Below, in pieces: positions 9,421-19,698 of a stretch of 64,000 bases of DNA. Positions within the stretch are counted from its first letter, which is position 1; the number at the start of each line of letters is the position of its first letter. The position numbers were made by a program, and so were the translations under genes. The DNA is taken from contig CAVYHX010000006.1 of NCBI GenBank assembly GCA_963768415.1, forward strand, positions 41 through 64,040. Reading direction: 5' to 3'. The stretch is from an uncultured Gammaproteobacteria bacterium. GTDB taxonomy: Bacteria > Pseudomonadota > Gammaproteobacteria > UBA9214. Under the pieces are notes generated by a model. That model had not been told where the DNA came from. It made no database searches and saw only the letters and a list, made by a program, of their open reading frames with translations.

Positions 9421-10875
9421 TCAGAACCGCTCCAGTTCCGGGTGTGGCAGCTTGCCGGCATGCACATGCATGGCGCCGAACTCGGCGCACCGCTGCAGGG
9501 TCGGGATGGCCTTGCCCGGATTAAGCAGGCCATGGGGATCAAAGGCCTGTTTGACTGCGTGAAATTGCTGCAGTTCGGCGTCGTTGAACTGTACACACAT
9601 CTGGTTGATCTTTTCCATGCCGACCCCGTGTTCTCCGGTTATGGTGCCGCCGACCGCGACACACAACTCGAGGATTTTACCGCCGAGTTCCTCGGTGCGT
9701 TCCAGCTCGCCCGGCTGGTTGGCGTCATAAAGAATCAGCGGGTGCAGATTACCGTCTCCGGCGTGAAATACATTGCAGACAGGCAGGCCGTAGTCCTTCG
9801 ACATGTCGCCGATGGTGTTGAGTACGCGTGCAAGGTGTTTGCGCGGAATGGTGCCGTCCATGCAGTAGTAGTCCGGTGACAGGCGTCCCATGGCGGGGAA
9901 GGCGGCCTTTCTGCCGGCCCAGAAGCGCTGGCGCTCCGCTTCGCTTTGTGAAACGCGCACTTCAATAGCGCCGGCATGTTGTGCCACCCGGCTGACATGT
10001 TCAATCTGCGCTGTCACCTCGGCTTGCGCGCCATCCAGCTCGCACAACAGGATGGCTGCGGCATCTGTGGGGTAGCCGGTATGGACAAAGTTCTCAACGG
10101 CAACGATGGCGGGGTTGTCGAGCAGTTCCAGTCCGGCCGGAATCACTCCACTGCCGATAATCGCTGTTACAGCTGCACCGGCGGCATCCACCGAATTGAA
10201 GGATGCCAGCACGACCTGGGCGGTTTCCGGCGTGGGCAACAGCTTTACGGTAACCTCGGTAATGATACCCAGCAGGCCCTCGGAACCGGTCATCAGTGCC
10301 AGCAGGTCATAGCCGGGGCTGTCAAGGGCCCGGCTGCCGATGCTCAGGTGTTCACCATCGATAGTGAGTATTTCCAGTGCCTGTATGTTGTGTACCGTCA
10401 GCCCGTACTTGAGACAGTGCACGCCACCGGCGTTTTCCGCTACGTTGCCGCCAATGGAACAGGCGATCTGCGAGGACGGGTCCGGTGCATAGTAAAGGCC
10501 ATAGGGTTCCGCAGCCTTTGATATGGAAAGATTGGTAACCCCGGGCTGAACCCGCGCCACACGATTGTCCGTGTCAATGTCGAGAATGCGGTTGAATTTC
10601 GCCAGGCTCAGCAACACGCCGTCCGCTAACGGCAGGGCCCCGCCGGACAAGCCGGTACCGGCACCGCGTGCGACAACCGGAACCTGCAGGGCGGAACAAA
10701 CTCGTAGCGTAGCCTGTACCTGTTCGAGTGTATCAGGAATAACCACGACCAGGGGCAACTGGCGATAGGCGGAAAGTCCATCGCATTCGTACGGCCGCAA
10801 CTCTTCAGCTTCAGTCAATACGCAATCGCCAGGCAACTGGCTGCGCAATGTCTCTATGAGTTCGTTTTCAATCAT
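9421..10875 (-). CDS. glcD: glycolate oxidase subunit GlcD (FAD-linked oxidase)
   Basis: 484 aa. VVARGAGTGLSGGALP, APDPSSQIACSIGGNVAENAGGVHCLKYG and a C-terminal HGEHGVG motif are typical of GlcD and D-lactate dehydrogenase family members. Confidence 0.9.
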   Translation of the reverse strand: MIENELIETLRSQLPGDCVLTEAEELRPYECDGLSAYRQLPLVVVIPDTLEQVQATLRVCSALQVPVVARGAGTGLSGGALPLADGVLLSLAKFNRILDIDTDNRVARVQPGVTNLSISKAAEPYGLYYAPDPSSQIACSIGGNVAENAGGVHCLKYGLTVHNIQALEILTIDGEHLSIGSRALDSPGYDLLALMTGSEGLLGIITEVTVKLLPTPETAQVVLASFNSVDAAGAAVTAIIGSGVIPAGLELLDNPAIVAVENFVHTGYPTDAAAILLCELDGAQAEVTAQIEHVSRVAQHAGAIEVRVSQSEAERQRFWAGRKAAFPAMGRLSPDYYCMDGTIPRKHLARVLNTIGDMSKDYGLPVCNVFHAGDGNLHPLILYDANQPGELERTEELGGKILELCVAVGGTITGEHGVGMEKINQMCVQFNDAELQQFHAVKQAFDPHGLLNPGKAIPTLQRCAEFGAMHVHAGKLPHPELERF

Positions 10876-11006
10876 GAATGCAGTACTTTGTCAATATATA
10901 AAGAGCCGGTAAAGAAGTATTGCTTATCGCCGATAACTCCGTAAATACTATCACCTGGCCGCGACTTACTTTAAGCAAAATATACGCAACGTGTTATGAT
11001 TTAACG

Positions 11007-11528
11007 ATGCAATGTACACAAAGACAATTCCTGCATCACGGTATCCCGCCAAAAAACTTTGCCGGGTTAATGGAGTTGTATGAGTGCAATTACATAAGGC
11101 TGCGTAATCTTGTTCCGGATCTCGATGTTGTTCCCTGCGCGTCGATTTCGCGGGTCACGGGAGCGCTGGACCTGCATATGCAAATAGTCGAGCGCTGCAA
11201 GTTCACCACAACTTTATTCATTACCTACCATTTCCGCGACCATGAAGGCGTCTTTAACGCGCCGGATATGAAGGTGCGCATGTACCATGATGCACAGGTC
11301 GGCGAAGTACTTTCCTGCGGCCGCTGGCGGGGAGTGCGTACCGCCGAATACAACCGCATGCGCAACAGCTACACTCTGCAGGAGAAATGGCGCATGAACC
11401 GATTCCTGCAGAAATGGCTGGGTTATTGCCTCATGCAGGGGCATCGTTTCATCCCGGGCAGAATCCTGCAACCCGCGGCGGACACCGCGCTGCTTGTGCA
11501 GGAACCCGGGCTTATTCTTGAATCCTGA
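11007..11528 (+). CDS. DUF1249 (YqiB-like) family protein
   Basis: LMELYECNYIRLRNLVPDL and the overall ~170-aa size resemble DUF1249. The ATG at 11007 lies inside ORF 10920..11528. The family assignment is from memory only. Confidence 0.55.
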   Translation: MQCTQRQFLHHGIPPKNFAGLMELYECNYIRLRNLVPDLDVVPCASISRVTGALDLHMQIVERCKFTTTLFITYHFRDHEGVFNAPDMKVRMYHDAQVGEVLSCGRWRGVRTAEYNRMRNSYTLQEKWRMNRFLQKWLGYCLMQGHRFIPGRILQPAADTALLVQEPGLILES

Positions 11529-11574
11529 AGCGTTTTAGCCAGCACCCGCCGTTCCCCCCTTCCTGAGGGGGTAC

Positions 11575-11603
11575 TTGATAGTTCCCCGGGACTGTCGCAT
11601 ACT
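11575..11603 (+). promoter_or_regulatory. candidate sigma70 promoter of the isc operon (TTGATA-17 nt-CATACT)
   Basis: ttgata at 11575-11580, a 17-nt spacer, then catact at 11598-11603. An AT-rich stretch follows before iscR at 11675. Assigned by sequence pattern only. Confidence 0.3.
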
Positions 11604-11674
11604 TATTACCTGATCAAATTACTAGGTTATTACTTCAGTCAGGTTCCTGCGCGAACGCTGACCGGTTAGCGATT

Positions 11675-12148
11675 ATGCGGCTTTCAACCAAGGGACGTTA
11701 CGCTGTCACCGCGATGCTGGATCTTGCGATCCACCACGCCACGGGCCCGGTTACGCTGGCGGAGATTTCCGAGAGCCAGGCGATTTCGCTATCCTATCTG
11801 GAGCAGTTGTTCGCTCGCCTGAAAAAGCACGGACTGGTGGAGGGTTTGCGCGGACCGGGTGGTGGATACCGCCTGGCGCGCCATCCAGGGGACATTTCGG
11901 TGGCTGACATCATCACCGGCATCGGTGAAGGCATTGATCCGACGCTCTGCCAGGGTGAGGAGAACTGTCAGGAAGGTGAGCGTTGCCTGACCCATGAATT
12001 GTGGCAGAAGCTCGGTAAAGAGATTTTTGACTTTCTTAACGCCATTACACTGGCCAGTTTTCTGGAGCGCGACGAGGTTAACCGGGTCGTGCGTCGGCAG
12101 CAGGGTGCCGCGGTAGCGGTGCCCGATTTGAAAAAAACGGTGGCCTGA
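11675..12148 (+). CDS. iscR: Fe-S cluster assembly transcriptional regulator IscR (Rrf2 family)
   Basis: MRLSTKGRYAVTAMLDLAIH is an Rrf2 N-terminus, and cluster-ligand cysteines are present (CQGEENCQEGERC). It is the first gene of the isc cluster. Confidence 0.9.
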   Translation: MRLSTKGRYAVTAMLDLAIHHATGPVTLAEISESQAISLSYLEQLFARLKKHGLVEGLRGPGGGYRLARHPGDISVADIITGIGEGIDPTLCQGEENCQEGERCLTHELWQKLGKEIFDFLNAITLASFLERDEVNRVVRRQQGAAVAVPDLKKTVA

Positions 12149-12187
12149 TTTACCCCGGGCATTGTTGACAGGAGCCAGATAGATTGC

Positions 12188-13408
12188 ATGAACGTTAATA
12201 TTCCTATCTACATGGATTATTCAGCGACCACGCCGGTAGATGAGCGCGTCGCGGAGATAATGTGTACGTATCTGACGCGTCAGGGTCAGTTTGGCAATCC
12301 CGCGTCACGCTCGCACCCGTTCGGCTGGAAGGCCGAGGAGGCGGTGGAGGGCGCACGCGCCAATGTGGCCCGACTGCTGAACGCAAATCCCAAGGAGATT
12401 ATCTGGACCTCCGGCGCAACGGAATCCGATAACCTGGCCATAAAGGGCGCGGCACATTTTTACAAGAAGAACGGCAAGCATATCGTCACCGTGAAAACAG
12501 AACACAAGGCAGTGCTCGATTCCTGCCGTCAGCTGGAGCGGGAAGGTTACGAAGTGACCTATCTCGATCCCGAGCCCAGCGGGTTACTGGACCTGGACAA
12601 GTTCAGGGCGGCCCTGCGTGATGACACCACGGTGGTTTCGGTCATGCATGTGAACAACGAGATCGGAGTGATTCAGGATATTGCCGCAATCGGCGAGATC
12701 TGCCGCGAGCGCAAGATCATCTTTCATGTCGATGCCGCCCAGAGCGCCGGCAAGATAGAGATCGACGTGGAGAAACTCAAGGTCGATCTGATGTCCTTTT
12801 CAGCCCACAAGATTTACGGCCCGAAAGGCATCGGCGCACTCTATGTACGCCGCAAACCGCGGGTGCGTCTGGAGGCACAGATGCACGGTGGCGGGCATGA
12901 GCGCGGTATGCGCTCCGGCACCCTGGCGACACACCAGATTGTCGGCATGGGCGAAGCCTTCCGAATCGCCAGGGAGGAAATGGCTGAAGAAGGAGCCCGT
13001 ATCCTGGCGCTGCGCGACCGGCTCTGGAATGGCCTGAGTGACATGGAGGAGGTCTACCTGAATGGCGATCTCAACCACCGTATACCCGGCCTGCTGAATG
13101 TCAGTTTCAACTATGTCGAGGGCGAAAGCCTGATCATGGCGCTCAATGACATGGCGGTCTCCTCGGGATCCGCGTGTACCAGTGCGAGTCTCGAACCGTC
13201 CTATGTGCTGAGGGCGCTGGGCCGCAACGACGAGCTTGCACACAGCTCGATTCGTTTTACTATCGGGCGCTTTACGACCCGCGAGGAAGTCGACTACATC
13301 ATCGACCGGGTCCGGGAGAAAGTGACCAAGCTGCGTGACCTGTCGCCGCTATGGGAGATGTACAAGGATGGTGTCGACCTTGAATCTGTCCAGTGGGCAG
13401 CGCACTAG
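12188..13408 (+). CDS. iscS: cysteine desulfurase IscS
   Basis: 406 aa. It has the PLP lysine region [18 protein letters not shown], the active-site SSGSACTS motif and a C-terminal WEMYKDG...VQWAAH. Confidence 0.95.
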   Translation: MNVNIPIYMDYSATTPVDERVAEIMCTYLTRQGQFGNPASRSHPFGWKAEEAVEGARANVARLLNANPKEIIWTSGATESDNLAIKGAAHFYKKNGKHIVTVKTEHKAVLDSCRQLEREGYEVTYLDPEPSGLLDLDKFRAALRDDTTVVSVMHVNNEIGVIQDIAAIGEICRERKIIFHVDAAQSAGKIEIDVEKLKVDLMSFSAHKIYGPKGIGALYVRRKPRVRLEAQMHGGGHERGMRSGTLATHQIVGMGEAFRIAREEMAEEGARILALRDRLWNGLSDMEEVYLNGDLNHRIPGLLNVSFNYVEGESLIMALNDMAVSSGSACTSASLEPSYVLRALGRNDELAHSSIRFTIGRFTTREEVDYIIDRVREKVTKLRDLSPLWEMYKDGVDLESVQWAAH

Positions 13409-13419
13409 GCGGTAGACGT

Positions 13420-13743
13420 ATGGCGATCACTCTGACTGAAGCGGCTGCAGGCCGCGTGAAGAACTTTCTGGAAAAGCGCGGCAAGGGCGTGGGTCTGCGT
13501 CTTGGTGTGAAGACTACAGGATGTTCCGGCATGGCCTATGTCATGGAGTATGCGGACGCTATCGAGAAAGACGATGTTGTCTTTGAAGACCAGGGTATCA
13601 AGGTGCTGGTCAACCCCAAAAGCCTGGTTTACCTGGATGGCACCGAGCTCGATTACGCACGGGAAGGCCTGAATGAAGGATTTCAGTTCAAAAATCCCAA
13701 CGTCAAGGACGAGTGTGGTTGCGGGGAGAGCTTTAAAGTCTGA
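13420..13743 (+). CDS. iscA: iron-sulfur cluster assembly protein IscA
   Basis: [17 protein letters not shown]... with GCSGMAY and a C-terminal CGCGESF. It starts only 11 nt after the iscS stop, and no iscU lies between them. Confidence 0.9.
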   Translation: MAITLTEAAAGRVKNFLEKRGKGVGLRLGVKTTGCSGMAYVMEYADAIEKDDVVFEDQGIKVLVNPKSLVYLDGTELDYAREGLNEGFQFKNPNVKDECGCGESFKV

Positions 13744-13791
13744 TGCCGGCGTTGCGCTGACTGTTACCCGGAAACCTGGTTTTATTCTGAC

Positions 13792-14343
13792 ATGGCTGCG
13801 GATTTTTCCACAACCCACTTCGAGCTGTTTGATCTGCCGCAATCATTCGATGTAGATTCCGCCGTGCTTGACGAGCGTTACCGGGAATTGCAGCGTACCG
13901 TGCACCCGGACCGCTTTGTGAATGCAACTGACCAGGAACGCCGCCTGTCAATGCAGCAGACCATTCGGATCAACGAGGGCTACGAGACACTCAAGGATCC
14001 CCTGAAACGCGGACGCTACCTGCTGGAGCTGGCCGGTCACCGTTTTGATGATGAAAAGCATACGACCAGTGATCCGGAATTTCTGATGGAGCAGATGGAG
14101 TTGCGCGAGGCGCTGGGTGATGTGCGCGCCGCAGCAGATGCCTTCGCGGAGCTGGGCAGGATCATGGACCGGATAACGGCGGCCAGCGATGCGCTGACTG
14201 CTGACTTGCGGGAACAGTTTGCGCGCGCTGATCCGGCACGGCAGGAGGCGGCGCTGATTACACTAACGAAGATGCAGTTCTTCAGGCGCCTGCAGGAAGA
14301 GGTGCAGGAGCTGGAGTCGGCTCTTGAAGACGAAATTGCCTGA
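13792..14343 (+). CDS. hscB: Fe-S protein assembly co-chaperone HscB
   Basis: 183 aa. It has a J-domain with HPDRF ([10 protein letters not shown]). Position between iscA and hscA fits. Confidence 0.88.
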   Translation: MAADFSTTHFELFDLPQSFDVDSAVLDERYRELQRTVHPDRFVNATDQERRLSMQQTIRINEGYETLKDPLKRGRYLLELAGHRFDDEKHTTSDPEFLMEQMELREALGDVRAAADAFAELGRIMDRITAASDALTADLREQFARADPARQEAALITLTKMQFFRRLQEEVQELESALEDEIA

Positions 14344-14372
14344 TACACGCGAGGCAAGAGATTGGGGCCAGC

Positions 14373-16254
14373 ATGGCATTACTACAGATTGCAGAACCCG
14401 GTGAATCGACCGCGCCGCACGCGCATCGGCTGGCGGCCGGCATCGATCTGGGCACGACCAATTCGCTGGTTGCAACAGTGCGCAGCGGGGTGGCGGACAC
14501 ACTGCCGGATCTGGAAGGGGAGCATCTGCTGCCGTCGGTGGTGCGCTACAACGCAACTGCTTCACCTGATGTCGGCCGGTCGGCACTTGCCGCCGCCACC
14601 AGTGACCCGCTCAACACCATCGCCTCGATCAAGCGTCTCATGGGGCGTGGCGTGGAGGATGTAAAGCATATCGGCACCGAGCTGCCCTATGATTTTATCG
14701 CCGGCACCAGCAATATGCCGTTATTGCGGACCGCAGCCGGCGATGTCAGCCCGGTCGAGGTCTCCGCTGAGATTCTGCGGACCCTGAAGGAGCGTGCCGA
14801 GGCCACACTGGGCGGCGACCTGCTGGGCGTGGTGATCACCGTGCCGGCCTATTTCGATGACGCGCAGCGCCAGGCGACCAAGGATGCCGGCCGGCTGGCC
14901 GGACTGAATGTCCTGCGGTTGCTGAACGAGCCGACGGCAGCGGCCGTCGCCTACGGGCTGGATCAGGATGCAGAAGGTGTCATCGCGGTCTACGATCTTG
15001 GCGGCGGCACATTCGATATTTCCATCCTGCGGCTGAACAAGGGCGTCTTCGAGGTGCTGGCGACGGCAGGTGACACCGCCCTGGGCGGCGACGATATGGA
15101 TCGGCTCGTGGCGCACTGGATCATGGAACAGGCGGGTATCAGCGACACCGCCGGGCATGAGCAACTGCGCCAGCTCATGCAAACCGCGCGCGCCGCCAAG
15201 GAAGCGCTGACCACGGCGCACTCGTACCCGCTGGAAGTCGCGCGCGCGGACGGCTCTGTCTGGAAAGGCACGCTGGACCGTGCAACCCTCGATACGCTGA
15301 TCGGTCCACTGGTCCGGAAAACCCTGGGTCCCTGCCGCCGCGCCTTGCGCGATGCCGGCCTGGATACCGGCGAGATCCGCGCGGTTGTCATGGTGGGCGG
15401 CTCCACCCGCGTGCCGCTGGTGCGCGCACAGGTGGCGGCTTTTTTTGCTACCGAACCGATGGTGGACATCGATCCGGACAAGGTGGTCGCCATTGGTGCA
15501 GCCATCCAGGCGGATATCCTGGCAGGTAACAAGCCGGAAGATGAAATGCTGTTGCTTGACGTGATCCCGCTGTCACTCGGGCTGGAAACCATGGGTGGTC
15601 TGGCGGAAAAGATCATTCCACGCAATACCACGATACCCACGGCACGGGCCCAGGAGTTCACCACCTTCAAGGACGGGCAAACGGCCATGTCCCTGCATAT
15701 CGTGCAGGGCGAGCGCGAACTGGTTATCCGACTGCCGCTCACTGGCACAATTCGAATTGCGCGATATTCCCCCGATGGTCGCGGGTGCAGCGCGTATTCA
15801 GGTTACATTCCAGGTCGATGCGGACGGCCTGCTGCATGTTACGGCCGAGGAGCAGACGCAGGGTGTCAGGAGCAGCATCGAGGTCAAACCTTCCTACGGC
15901 CTGAGTGACAGGGAAATCGAATCCATGCTGATGGAATCCATGCAGTTCGCACACGATGACAAGGATGCGCGGCGCCTGCGTGAGCAGCAGGTGGAGGCAG
16001 ACCGGGTACTGGAAGCCCTGCAGTCCGCACTTGCCGAAGACGGCGATGAACTGCTGGAAGCCGGGGAACGCAGTGCGATCGAAGCGGCTGCGCGCACCCT
16101 GGCAGAGAAGCGTCATGGGTCAGATGCCGGCGCCATCAGGCGCGCCATCGAAGCAGTGGAGCAGACCAGCAGTGACTATGTTGAAAGGCGCATGAATGCG
16201 AGCATCCGCAAGGCCATGGCCGGGCATCGTGTCGATGAGTTCAAGTCCGTCTGA
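14373..16254 (+). pseudogene. hscA: Fe-S protein assembly chaperone HscA, interrupted by one frameshift near 15726
   Basis: ORF 14373..15908 is Hsp70-like ([16 protein letters not shown]) up to ...IVQGERELV. The sequence [38 protein letters not shown] then continues in the frame of ORF 15595..16254. Confidence 0.9.
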
Positions 16255-16289
16255 CAGACCGGCGTTCACGCAACCAGACAGTTATATTT

Positions 16290-16628
16290 ATGCCACAACT
16301 AATATTCCTGCCACACGAGGAGATCTGTCCGGACGGGGTGGTCATCGAGGTCGAAGCCGGAGTCACGATATGTGACGCGGCACTCGCGCATGGCATCGAG
16401 ATCGAACATGCCTGTGAGAAATCCTGCGCCTGCACGACCTGCCATGTCTATGTGCGGGAAGGCGCTGAATCGCTCGAGGCCTCGGACGAAGACGAGGATG
16501 ACATGCTGGACAAGGCCTGGGGTCTGGATCCGGATTCGCGTCTGAGCTGCCAGGCTGTTGTTGCGGACCAGGACCTTGTCATCGAGATACCGAAGTACAC
16601 CATCAATATGGTTTCCGAAAATCATTGA
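16290..16628 (+). CDS. fdx: ISC system 2Fe-2S ferredoxin
   Basis: 112 aa with an adrenodoxin-type cysteine pattern (CEKSCACTTCH ... C). It follows hscA. Confidence 0.9.
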   Translation: MPQLIFLPHEEICPDGVVIEVEAGVTICDAALAHGIEIEHACEKSCACTTCHVYVREGAESLEASDEDEDDMLDKAWGLDPDSRLSCQAVVADQDLVIEIPKYTINMVSENH

Positions 16629-16688
16629 CCCAGAAGATCCGTAGGAAGGCAGCGTTGTGCGGGTGGAGTGCTATGGAGGTAGTGAATT

Positions 16689-16889
16689 ATGGGACTTAAG
16701 TGGACCGATACGCTGGATGTCGCAATTGAACTGGATGACTCGCATCCGGATGCAGACCCGAAATACATACGTTTCACCGACCTGCGTGACTGGGTGCTGG
16801 CACTGGAGGATTTCGACGATGCCCCGGAACACTGCGGTGAAAAAATACTCGAAGCGATCCAGATGGCCTGGATCGGGGAGCGCGAATAG
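16689..16889 (+). CDS. iscX: Fe-S assembly protein IscX
   Basis: 66 aa and acidic. MGLKWTDTLDVAIELDDSHPDADPKYIRFTDLRDWV is typical of IscX/YfhJ. Confidence 0.85.
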   Translation: MGLKWTDTLDVAIELDDSHPDADPKYIRFTDLRDWVLALEDFDDAPEHCGEKILEAIQMAWIGERE

Positions 16890-16968
16890 TCCTGCCGGGG
16901 CAGTATCCAAGTGCAGGTTGGGAAAGCGTAGCGTGCCCAACAAAAAGGATTGCTCTGTCGGGCACGGT

Positions 16969-17074
16969 CGCTACGGGCGTCCTGCCCTCTCGCGACACTC
17001 GTACGGCCATGTACATCGTCGCTACGGGCGTCCTGCCCTCTCGCGACACTCGTACGGCCATGTACATCGTCGCT
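16969..17074. repeat. perfect 51-bp tandem duplication (2 copies plus 4 nt)
   Basis: cgctacgggcgtcctgccctctcgcgacactcgtacggccatgtacatcgt occurs at 16969-17019 and identically at 17020-17070, followed by cgct. Confidence 0.9.
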
Positions 17075-17532
17075 GCGCTCCTTTGCCCAACCTGCATCAT
17101 TTCCAATGCATGCGCTCCATCGGGGGTGATATGACCGGTTACGGCTCTGCATCAGTTCGATGCAGCCAACAGCATTCGACATCGCGGTCCGGGCAGAAGT
17201 GCGCGCGACAGCAGGCATCTGAACCGCATGCTGACTGGTGCGCCGCGGTGTTGTGTGTATTAAACGCCGGGGCGTGATCGGCATGATATCCTGCGTAAGG
17301 AAAAACATATAAAGTATTGAAAAATATATAATAAAAAAGGTATTCTGAGGGCATTTACCGGCCGGCACAGCGCGCCGCTCGGGCAAGCATATTGCCGCCC
17401 GCGTTCCATTGAACCCGCCAACCTTGTATATTACGCGGCCTTGTTAACACCGATCCTTCCGCTGGATTGTTGTTCCGTACCATTCCAGTGGCTTCCGGTA
17501 CTTGATAGCGACTCTCAAACCCGAGGTAACGT

Positions 17533-18504
17533 ATGGCTGTAAGAAATCGGCTGCATCGCAGTGAACTGGCAGTTCCCGGCAGTAACCTCCGCATGCTCGA
17601 GAAGGCACCGACCGCCGGGGCTGACATAGTATTCCTGGATCTCGAGGATGCCGTGGCGCCGGATGACAAGGAGCAGGCACGCAAGAATGTCATCGCAGCC
17701 CTGAATGACATGGACTGGTCGAGCTGTTCAGTGTCAGTGCGCATCAACGGACTGGATACCCACTACTGCTATCGCGACATAGTCGACGTGGTGGAGATGG
17801 CGGGCGACAAGCTCGATACCATTTTGATACCCAAGGTCAATACCCCTGCAGACATCCTGTATGTGTCCACCATGCTGGAGCAGATCGAGGCAGCAAAAAA
17901 ATACAAACCCATCAATCTGCATATCCTGATTGAAACGGCCATGGGCATGGCCAATGTGGAAAACATCGCGCAAACCTGCCCGGACCGCCTGGAAGCCATG
18001 GTCTTCGGTGTGGCCGACTATGCCGCGTCGACGCAGGCCAGAACGACCAACATGGGTGGTGCAAATCCGGATTACTACATGCTTACGCATCCGGACAACG
18101 AGGGCGCGCGCGAGCGTCACTGGGGTGACCAGTGGCACTATGCGATTTCGCGCATGGTGGTCGCCTGTCGTGCCTATGGCCTGCGTCCCATCGACGGACC
18201 CTTCGGTGACATCTCGGACCCGGACGGCTACCTGGCAGTATCGCGTAGCGTTGCCGCTCTCGGCGTGGAGGGGAAATGGGCGATCCATCCTTCGCAGATC
18301 GATCTGGCTAACCAGGTATTTACGCCGGCAGGCGTGGAAGTCGACCGGGCCCGCCGTATCCTCTCTGCCATGGAGGAGGCCGCTTCCGCAGGCAAGGGTG
18401 CCGTGGCGCTGGACGGGCGTCTCATCGATGCGGCATCCATTCGCCAGGCCCAGGTGCTGGTTGACAAGGCTGAGCAGATCGAACGCTCGCTGGCCAGTCG
18501 CTAA
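17533..18504 (+). CDS. mcl: malyl-CoA lyase (HpcH/CitE family)
   Basis: 323 aa. LHRSELAVPGSN...FLDLEDAVAPDDKEQARKN...LIETAMGMANVE...FGVADYAAS...LVACRAYGLRPIDGPFGDISDPDGY...GKWAIHPSQIDLAN closely resembles methylotroph malyl-CoA lyase as I recall it. Confidence 0.85.
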   Translation: MAVRNRLHRSELAVPGSNLRMLEKAPTAGADIVFLDLEDAVAPDDKEQARKNVIAALNDMDWSSCSVSVRINGLDTHYCYRDIVDVVEMAGDKLDTILIPKVNTPADILYVSTMLEQIEAAKKYKPINLHILIETAMGMANVENIAQTCPDRLEAMVFGVADYAASTQARTTNMGGANPDYYMLTHPDNEGARERHWGDQWHYAISRMVVACRAYGLRPIDGPFGDISDPDGYLAVSRSVAALGVEGKWAIHPSQIDLANQVFTPAGVEVDRARRILSAMEEAASAGKGAVALDGRLIDAASIRQAQVLVDKAEQIERSLASR

Positions 18505-18525
18505 CAACAAGCCGGAGTTCCGATT

Positions 18526-19698
18526 GTGAATATTCATGAGTACCAGACCAAAGAGCTGTTGAAACATTATGGTGTACCGGTCCCGGAAGGCCGTGTCGCG
18601 CACAATGTCGACAATGCCGCCGTGGCTGCAGAAGCGATCGGCGGCGACCGCTGGGTAGTGAAGGCCCAGATACATGCCGGCGGCCGGGGCAAGGGAGGGG
18701 GCGTGAAGGTGGCTGAGTCCATCGACGAGGTCAAGCACAATGCCGACCAGATGATCGGCAGTCAGCTGGTGACGCCGCAGACCGGCCCGGCAGGCAGGAT
18801 GGTGCAGCGGGTTCTGGTCGAACAGGCCTGCCAGATCAACAAGGAGTTCTATCTCGGGCTGGTGATAGACCGGGCAACCCAGCGTATCACCGTGATTGCG
18901 TCTGCATCCGGAGGCATGGATATCGAGGAAGTGGCCAGCCGGCATCCCGAGCGTGTGATTCGCGAAGCCGTTGATCCGGCCGTCGGCCTGATGAGTTTTC
19001 AGTGCCGCAAGATTGCCGCCGGCATCGGTTTGAAGGGCAAGCAGATCAACGAGGGAGTCAAGGTGATGCAGGGGTTGTACCGCTGTTTTCGCGACAATGA
19101 TGCCCTGATGGCCGAGATCAATCCGCTTGCTGAAGTAAACGGTGGAAGCCTGATGGCGCTGGATGCAAAGATGTCATTTGATGGCAATGCCCTGTACCGG
19201 CGCAAGGCAATTACCGAGTTGCGTGACTTCGATGAAGAAGACCCGAAGGAAGTCGAGGCCACCGGCCATGGATTGAATTATATCGCCCTGGATGGAGACG
19301 TGGGTTGCATCGTCAATGGCGCGGGTCTGGCCATGGCCACCATGGACTCCATCAGTTTCCACGGCGGCAAGCCTGCCAACTTTCTCGATGTCGGTGGCGG
19401 CGCTTCACCGGAAAAGGTCGGCAACGCCTTCCGCATCGTTCTGGAGGATCCGAATGTCAAGATCATCCTGGTGAATATATTTGCCGGGATCAATCGCTGC
19501 GACTGGATTGCCGATGGCCTGATACAGGCGATACGCGAACAGAAAATCGAGGTGCCGATAGTGGTGCGTCTCGCCGGTACCAATGTTGAAAAGGGGCAGG
19601 AAATGCTCGCTGCATCCGGGATCGATTTCATCATGGCCGACAATCTGGACGATGCGGCGACGAAGGTCATGGCTACGTTGAAGGGGTTGCCGGCATGA
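18526..19698 (+). CDS. mtkA: malate--CoA ligase (malate thiokinase) beta subunit; SucC paralogue
   Basis: 390 aa with an ATP-grasp N-terminus (MNIHEYQTKELL). The NIFAGINRCDWIA motif matches the MtkA form (NIFAGINRCDW) rather than the SucC form (NIFGGIVRCD). It lies directly downstream of mcl. GTG start with a GGAG Shine-Dalgarno sequence. Confidence 0.78.
   Translation: MNIHEYQTKELLKHYGVPVPEGRVAHNVDNAAVAAEAIGGDRWVVKAQIHAGGRGKGGGVKVAESIDEVKHNADQMIGSQLVTPQTGPAGRMVQRVLVEQACQINKEFYLGLVIDRATQRITVIASASGGMDIEEVASRHPERVIREAVDPAVGLMSFQCRKIAAGIGLKGKQINEGVKVMQGLYRCFRDNDALMAEINPLAEVNGGSLMALDAKMSFDGNALYRRKAITELRDFDEEDPKEVEATGHGLNYIALDGDVGCIVNGAGLAMATMDSISFHGGKPANFLDVGGGASPEKVGNAFRIVLEDPNVKIILVNIFAGINRCDWIADGLIQAIREQKIEVPIVVRLAGTNVEKGQEMLAASGIDFIMADNLDDAATKVMATLKGLPA

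Noticed and set aside
15700-15760. Programmed ribosomal frameshifting or transcriptional slippage as the explanation for the frame breaks (considered for all 23 sites).
   Set aside because: I see no slippery heptamers, no long poly-A or poly-T tracts, and no conserved downstream structures. The sites are scattered through unrelated genes that are never recoded in other bacteria.
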